Shown here: piece by piece, positions 56,061 to 64,000 of the stretch
Numbering within the stretch: the first letter of the stretch is position 1
Layout of the letters: each line of letters starts with the position of its first letter
The notes under the pieces: generated by a model
Seen by the model: only the letters and a program-made list of their open reading frames with translations
Told to the model about the DNA's origin: nothing
Database searches by the model: none
Made by a program: the position numbers and the translations under genes
Assembly (NCBI GenBank): GCA_951406725.2
Contig: OX597826.1
Coordinates: 5,146,001 to 5,210,000, forward strand
Length of the DNA: 64,000 bases
Reading direction: 5' to 3'
Origin: Octopus vulgaris
Taxonomy: Eukaryota

Positions 56061-56530
56061 TCCATATTACCACAACCACCACTACCACTACCCCATCCAG
56101 CCTACACCCACCCATCTCACACTACTACTACTACTAACTACTAATACTACAACTACTACTAATACTACTACTTACTCCTCCTCCCCTACTAGCCTACTCC
56201 CTACTATCTACTACTCCTCCTCCTCCTCCTCCTACTACTACTACTACTGCTACAGGTACTGCTACTACTTTCCAATATTACCACCACAAGCACCACCACC
56301 ACCACCATCCACCACCATCACCTACACCATCTCACACTACTACTACTACCAGTTTCAATATTGCCATCACCACCACCACTACCACCCATCTTACACTACC
56401 ACCACCACCACCACTACTACTACAACTACTACAACTACAACTACTACTACTACTACTACCACCATTACAACAACTACTACTACTACTGCTACTGCTGATA
56501 CTGCTGCTATTACTACTCTTGCTGCTGCCT
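55825..56530. repeat. (CTA)/(CCA)/(CCT) compound microsatellite
   Basis: Directly visible. Confidence 0.9.
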
Positions 56531-56790
56531 GCCATCTGCCGCTACCCGCAATGGCTTTTTGTATTACTACCGACAATACTTTTCGTTGTCTAAGTAATTG
56601 TTTACGTTAGCATAACTGCCAAACCCCACTAAAATGCTGGTAATTATTTTTTTCCTTAAAGGAACTAAGACAATCCTATTCAACTTAGAATTTGTTTTTC
56701 AACTTCAATTTAAAAGTAACACCGAAGTAACATTACGAGCTCATTTCTCCATCAAACTGCAATGCCATCTTTAGTATTAAAAAGTAATTT

Positions 56791-56995
56791 AAAGCGGTGA
56801 GCTGGCAGAACCGTTAGCACGCTGGGCATAATGCAGCTATACTCGGGGCATTTCACCCATCTTTATGTTCTGAGTTCGAATTCCGCCGGGGTTGAATTTA
56901 TCTTTCATTCTTTCGGAATCGCTAAAATAAGTACGAATCGAACACGGGGTTCAATGTAATCCATTTGCCTCCTCTTGAGCCAAATTTTGAGACCA
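56791..56995 (+). mobile_element. SINE family A, diverged, with TSD-like 'agtattaaaaa'
   Basis: gcggtgagctggcagaaccgttagcacg..ctgagttcgaattccgccg; flanking repeat at 56773 and 56995. Confidence 0.8.
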
Positions 56996-59269
56996 GTATT
57001 AAAAACAATATGTCTGTCAGAATGGATAGTCTGGTAAAAATTGAGTGTGACTAATAAATAATTCTTTCAAAGGCAGTGAGTCAGTCATTATCCTGTTAGT
57101 AGCCGGAGCTCTAACCAAAACTTATCGTTCACAAGTTCCGTATGGTTAATCTCACACTTCAAACTTAAACCAAAATTTCAGAAACGTTTGAATGCTCTGA
57201 GTTGCTCTGATTATTTACGTTTTTGTTCTAAGTGAATCTAAGAACTTAGGTTTAACGTGGAGAGAAGATTTATTGCCGTTGAATGTGATATAAAATGCGA
57301 AATAGTAGTTTCGATTAATGCCTTAAATTTAACTATGTCGATCGATGGTGGATAGCCTTCCGAATGTTCGGTCATATTGTTAGTGAATACAACACACTGT
57401 TTCCTATGTGGAGTTCCCCAGAGACACAAATCTGTTACTTGCACTCCAAGAGACACAAAACGACATTTTCTAGTATGATTCCATGTCATGGCGAATTAAT
57501 GTTTTTCGTGAAGGTATATGCATACTGAACGAAAAATTCACTGAAGACGCTGGCTGCATGATCCGTATATTTTCAGAATACCGTTAAGTGATATGAGGGT
57601 TACCCAATAAACCACTTGAAAGAAACTGTACTATCTCGTCGTTGAAACACTGGATTGATATTGACAGTTGCATGTGTGCGTATGGGAAAATGAGTACGTT
57701 TCTTAACATGTAAATGCGTCCACATATTGCAGTGGTAGCAATATTCAGGTTCCTAATGAGCTATGGTTTATAAGCATTTTGAAGAGAAATAGTTTTGTGG
57801 CAACATCTATTCATACAGCCACGTGACTCTTGTAATTTAAGCCATCGATAGAAAGTTGTCTTTCACAGCTCCAGCACAAAACTCCTGCATTGATCATGAA
57901 TAATTCCTTTAAACTGCAATATGTTCCTTGCGTATGCTGGTATGCGGCGTGTGCAGTATTCAATCATAGATAGCAGCACATTAGAATACTACACGCTTGC
58001 TTTTTTAAACTTGTTTTTAGCTTTCTTGCTTATGTTGCTTGCAGCTTTCGCAGAGCTCCTTGCCCCAGTGCAACTCGATTACTAAAAGCGGAGCCAAGAA
58101 TTCATCTGGTGATATACCCGATGTTAAAAACAACCGTCCAAGAAAGAGTAACTAACCTAATATTATAGTGTGTGTATGAGGATATGTAATGGAGTTGTGT
58201 TGAGGGGTTATTTTACAAATAGTCTTCAAAATTATAAAACATAGACTTTAAATTCGAAAGTGAAAATTTTTCGGTGGTAAAACAATATTTATTAGCCAAT
58301 ATAGAGCACACGTATTGCGTTGCCAAGTTACGGTTGACGTTTTTATGAAGGTTATTTTAAGATTAATATTTCAGATAATATATTAAATTTCACATAATAC
58401 AAAATTGTAAAAATACAAGGTAAATCCTAAAATGAAACTTTATAAGTCTAATAAAATATATACTTACAAAACCTGTATGATATTTAAAATTTTGAGTACC
58501 GTAACTTGACTGAAAAATCATAGACATATATATATATATATATATATATATGTAATGTACGTATGTATTTGTGCATGTCTGTGTGCACCTGATGTATATA
58601 TTGTATATATGTCAGAAATAGTGGGATTAATATACCTATTTCTAAACCACTGAAGTGAATAAACAAATGATTTCGTTATTATTGCTAATCGACTGAAAAC
58701 AATCTGAACTAAAATAGCAACGGATTGTATGTTCTATTTTGATTTTTACTTTTTTATTGTATGAAAGCAAATAAAAAACAAAAACAAAAAACAAAACATC
58801 TTTACATGTTTCGCAATAAAAACAAAACAACAACAGCACCAGCAACAGGGGAAATAGATTTGGTTTGGACGAGGAATTAATATACAATAAATCACTAAAC
58901 ATACAATTGTTGCTTGCAATAAAAATGGTTTATTTCACACAGACACACACACATGGGCACACACGGACACGCACGGAAACATACAGACACATATACACCC
59001 TTGTACGTATGTTTATAAGCATGTATGTATGTCTGTATGTATGTATGTCAGTAGTGCATAGGAGAATTATAAATTCGCTACTGATCAACGTGGCAGCTTA
59101 GGCAAATATTATTGGTATAACGTCTGGCTGGTAATGTTTAGGGAATAAAATGGGAATAAAATTGGGTGATGGTTACAGTAGGGAAGCCAGTCATATACAC
59201 ACTGTCTTGCACACGCACACACACACATACACATGCATGTGTATGTATGTATGTATGTATGTATGCATG

Positions 59270-59346
<77 letters not shown>

Positions 59347-59398
59347 GTCTGTCTGTCTGTCTGTATATCTATCTGTCTTTCCCATTCCCTTCCGGTCA

Positions 59399-59615
59399 TT
59401 TCAAAATGTAACCACATGTGGCTCGTCGGCGATTTTCCCCCTCGTTTTCCTTTTCTCTTGGATTTTCCTCTGTCTCCCTTTTCTGACGAAACGTTAAACT
59501 ACTTTTCTTTCCTTCCCTGAGCGTCTGCTAACACTTTGCATGTACCACATCCTCGCGTTCTTGTTATTTTCTGGTTGTTCTTTCCCTCGTTTTTTTTTGG
59601 GCTGGGGATTAACTA
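59399..59615 (+). mobile_element. Family H1 element with helix II deleted from the hammerhead
   Basis: ttcaaaatgtaacc..ggcgatttt..tt-CTGACGAAACGTTAAAC..ccctgagcgtc..gattaactatata matches 1556-1757. Confidence 0.7.
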
Positions 59616-59849
59616 TATATGTGTGTCTGTGTGTGTGTAGGTGAATACCTTTCTCCATGTGATCGGCTTGAAAATTGGCTTCGACACTAGGATATATTCC
59701 TACTTTTCTTAACATGAAACCAATGGTAGCCTTCATTCACAATTAAAGAAATATCAACCACTGCGGTGTTGAGCAATCATTTTCATATATATATATATAC
59801 ATGTATATATATATATGCAGGTATGTATGTATGTGTCTATGTACATATG

Positions 59850-60058
59850 TATTCTTTTATTCTTTTACTTGTTTCGATCATTTCTATGCAACCATGATAG
59901 AGCACCGCCTTAAAAGGTTTTTAGTCGAAGAAATCGCCTGCAGGACTTATCCTTTCTAAGCCTAGTAAATATTCTATCGGTCTCTTTTGCCAAACCGTAA
60001 ACACGAACATCAGTTGTCAAGCGATGGTGAGTGGACAAACACAGACACAAAATCACAC
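59850..60058 (-). mobile_element. SINE family B 3' half (partner of 61243-61383)
   Basis: ttcttttacttgtttc..gagcaccgcc..gcctagta..ttctatcggtctcttttgcc..gttgtcaagcgatg..gacaaacacagacac. Confidence 0.8.
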
Positions 60059-60081
60059 ATGCATAAATTTATACATCTCTG

Positions 60082-60167
<86 letters not shown>

Positions 60168-60321
60168 TGTGTGTGTGTGTATAAATACAATAAGAGGCTT
60201 CTAAATAGGAAAGCCTTGTGCTTGAAAGAGGATAAATTTTCGAAAGGAATGAAAATTAAGTACGTTTACCATCTCAGTTACTTCCCAGACCATGGTTTAC
60301 TATAATAATTTCTTATTACCC

Positions 60322-60383
<62 letters not shown>

Positions 60384-60389
<6 letters not shown>

Positions 60390-61225
60390 ACAATTGAGGG
60401 TAAAATTAATTAGTTATTAATCAATTTCACCAAGTATTCAGTATGTAAAAGGACCATTTAAGGCGAATTCAAAATATTACATTATATAATTAGGGCTTAG
60501 TAAAATAAATTACTTTGCCACATACTGAATTTGCTAGAAATAGCAGCCCGAAAAAGTTTTTTTGCCATTTCCACTACTTAAAGAAAATTTTTGGGCTGCT
60601 ATTTCTAGCAAATTCAGTATGTGGCAAAGTAATTTATTTTACTAAGCCCTAATTATATAATGTAATATTTTGAATTCGCCTTAAATGGTCCTTTTACATA
60701 CTGAATACTTGGTGAAATTGATTAATAACTAATTAATTTTACCCTCAATTGTTGATATTATAATTCATTTCTCTCTGTCATATTGCCTCGGTTCTCACCG
60801 TTAAAATATAATGTTTGCTAGATATCCCACGTGGGTGGAAGGGGAGAGCAGGGAATCTTCGCTTGCACATTTGGAATTTGTTGGTACTGGCAGTCTGAAC
60901 GGGTCATCTGAGGTGATAAGTCGCCAAAGGGTATGTTCTTTCTTTTTAGTGCTTCCAAATCCAAAATAAGAAATGTTGAGCTGACGAAAGAAATGCTGAG
61001 TTTATTTGGCTAATCTAGAAACGTTAACGTTCTCAAATAATCTTTGTACTTGTGATATTTTTCTGTTTTTACCTCCATACCTTCGTGAGTTATTTTGAGT
61101 AAACATTATCTGAGAGAAATTTTCTTTAAGTAGTGGAAATGGCAAAACACTTTTTTGGGCTGCTATTTCTAGCAAATTCAGTATGTGGCAAAGTAATTTA
61201 TTTTACTAAGCCCTAATTATATAAT
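60384..61225 (+). mobile_element. Young retrozyme/PLE-like non-coding element: inverted segment plus 564-bp terminally redundant unit
   Basis: 60384-60549 is the reverse complement of 60593-60758; 60589-60661 is directly repeated at 61153-61225; (TA)n on both sides; internal hammerhead. Confidence 0.75.
60976..61036 (+). ncRNA. Type I hammerhead ribozyme fold
   Basis: ttgag-CTGACGA-aaga..gctgag-ttta-tttggc..tcta-GAAA-cgttaacg-TT-ctcaa. Confidence 0.65.
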
Positions 61226-61242
61226 ATATATATATATATACA

Positions 61243-61383
61243 TGCGACAGGCTTCTTTAATTTCTTGTCTACCAAATCCAATCACAAGGCTTTGGTCAGC
61301 CCGATGCTATAGTAGAACTGAAGTGTGATTGAACACGGAACCATGTTGTTGAAAAGCAAGCTTCTGACCCCACAGCCATGCCT
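61243..61383 (-). mobile_element. SINE family B 5' half
   Basis: cgacaggcttcttt..tctaccaaatccaatcacaaggctttggtc..ggaaccatgttgttg..cacagccatgcct. Confidence 0.8.
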
Positions 61384-61603
61384 ATGAACCTTTATGTACG
61401 TGTGAGTGTATATGTATATAAATCCTGACAAAATAGGGTTTTACTTAAAGGGGGCCCTATGAAAAATATCAACACAAGCAGTAGTATAAATCGACTAATA
61501 ACCAGTCAAGATTCGCCCAAACAAAGCTGGAGTCCAATAACATGATAGGTGTAAGAGAATATATGGATAATGAAACGCAAAAACACGCACATAAGCGTAC
61601 CTG

Positions 61604-61639
<36 letters not shown>

Positions 61640-62201
61640 TACACAAAAACACACATACGCACACAAACACACACATATATACACGCTGAAATATGTATAA
61701 GCAAGTCATATAAATAAATCAGAATAAGAAGAGACAACTGGAAGTTTATTTGTTCGTTCTGCAAAAAACGAATTAGGAAAACTAATTTCATGGAAAAATA
61801 ACAAGAAGCATCTCAATGTATACGAAGTGTGTTTATAAACAGAAGTAATGGTTTAGTGTGGTTGAATATAGAGTACAAAAGTAATATTTCCAGCGGACAA
61901 CGTATTATTGAAAAATACATAGCTTGCAATTTCTTTACACAGAAGAGAAGAAGCCTCTTTTACAACTAAAATATAATAGATTAGGACCTCGTCTATAGTT
62001 GAATAGTTTGACTTCAACATAACTATTTACGCTAACAGCCAACATTCAGTTTACAACTCTAGATCGAAATAAAGGGGTATACTAGGCTGCGACAGAACAA
62101 AAATAGGGGACATGATAAGTATCGAAAGAAGTGTGTATCTAGCATGCATATCATAACGAGAAAGTAAAAAATAATAATAATAATAAATAGAAGGAATAAA
62201 T

Positions 62202-62317
62202 AGGCGCTTTCCAACCACATGGTTCCGGGTTCAATCCCATTGCCTAACACCTTGGGCAAGTGCTGACCAAAGCCTTTTGAGTGGATTTGGTAGACGGAAA
62301 CTGGAAGAGGCCCGTCG

Positions 62318-62415
<98 letters not shown>

Positions 62416-62429
62416 ACTATCTATCTATC

Positions 62430-62505
<76 letters not shown>

Positions 62506-62758
62506 CGTGTGCGTGTGTGTGTGTGTGTGCGTGTGTGTGTGTGTGTGTCTGTGTTTGTTCACCCACATCGCTTGACAACCGATGCTGGTGTGTTTACGTA
62601 CCCGTAACGTAGCGGTTCGGCAATAGAGAACGATAGAATAAGTCCTGGGGTCTTACAAAGAATAAGTCCTGGGGTCGAATTTCTCAACTAAATGTGGTGC
62701 TCCAGCACGGCCACAGTCAAGTAACTGAAACAAATAAAAGAGTAAAAGAGTAAAAAGA
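62202..62758 (+). mobile_element. SINE family B with internal (TCTA)n(TA)n(TG)n
   Basis: ccaaccacatggttccgggttc..caccttgggcaagtg..gacggaaactggaagaggcccgtcg..catcgcttgacaaccgatgctgg..aaaagagtaaaagag. Confidence 0.9.
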
Positions 62759-64000
62759 AGAAATGACGTAGAAACAATTTGAAGGATTTTAAGTACCAAC
62801 TTCTTCAAATATTTAGTTTCATGAATCTTTAGAGCTCTGTCTCTCTTTTAGAATTAGTCTGGAAACTCAGAGGAACAAGAATGCAATCACTATCCAGAAT
62901 TGAATAATTTCGATAGAACTAGTCATAGATCCGCATATTCCAGAATTACAAACGTTGTGTCCACTTATTTAAGCAGCTTCGCATCCAGCTGTATCACTTC
63001 AAAGCTGTCAGAGGTAAAACTCATTATCAGAATTTTTTTCTAGATACTTGGCATCATCTTTCAGATGGCTTTTTGTCACCTTCAAATTATCTACAAGAAA
63101 TCTCTGATTAAGGCAGTTGAATATGTTTACGCATACATACATACATACATACATACATACATACATACATACATACATACACATGCATGCATGCATACAT
63201 ACATACATACATACATACGTACATACATACATACGTACGTACGTACATATATATATACATATATATGTATATATATATATATATATATATACATACATAC
63301 ATTCGTACGTAGTACGTACATACATACATTCGTACGTAGTACGTACATACATACATACATACCTGAAAATGATTATGGATGTACACTTGTGCCTGAGTAT
63401 GATGTCGCTACACACGAGTCAGTTTCACCTGGTATCGCAGCCCCGGCTGTCCATACTCACCACCCAGCCCTCCTACTCGATCAGGCATTAGAAAGTGATC
63501 TCGCTGCAATTACACAACCTAAAGTTTTAAGCCCAAAATGTACACACAACAACTAACCATTTTGACATAATCCAGAGACAAGTAGAGCAATATATCCCGT
63601 GCCAATATAGGTCGCAGACTCAAGAAGATGGTTGTGCCCTGATCTGAAGTACATGCCAAAGATTCCCAACACGTTCAATGCCATTTGCAGCATATCCAGT
63701 TTCACATCAGAGTGACCTACTCCCAGTGACATTCTTTAGAAAAACCTAAGCGGTGTCTCACAAAAACTAAATCTCGGACACAGAAACTAAATTTCCGACG
63801 GCCTATGCTGTTACTATATAGTCGTTGACCTGACACTAGGTTTATCCACCATTTTGAGAGATCCTGAGTTTAGTCCTGTTTGGTGTCTACCAGGTTAGGT
63901 TAGTGGGAGTGCTGGTTTAGCCGACCCCGCCATGCAGCAGGCTGTACTGCATTCCATGTTACCAGTAGCACCGAGAGACCTTAAAAGTCGCCTGTCAATA

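Noticed and set aside
63400-64000. GC-richer segment possibly from a LINE 5' region
   Set aside because: No convincing endonuclease or RT motif, and it is truncated by the window end.

Overview
AT-rich, repeat-saturated eukaryotic (metazoan) DNA, intergenic or deep intronic. From recall, not a database search, the SINE families and extreme microsatellite load match an Octopus-type cephalopod genome. I found no intact protein-coding gene. Almost all ORF-track entries are translations of (TA)n, (TG)n, (TCTA)n and trinucleotide arrays. Recognisable content: many tRNA-derived SINE copies from about 5 families; decayed mariner and maT-like DNA transposons and a mariner MITE; RTE, CR1/L2-type and Penelope-like (PLE) retroelement remnants; and a ~550-bp repeat that sits in (TAA)n arrays. 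The main unexpected signal is at least six sequence-unrelated, small non-coding elements that each carry a type I hammerhead ribozyme (HHR) fold with a short palindromic or near-palindromic helix III, mostly embedded in microsatellites. They include a very young 564-bp retrozyme/PLE-like unit with a perfect 166-bp inverted repeat (60384-61225) and an HHR whose conserved C3-G8 core pair is swapped to G3-C8 (14718-14768, minus). Several long fold-back structures are also present. All alignments and folds were done by eye.
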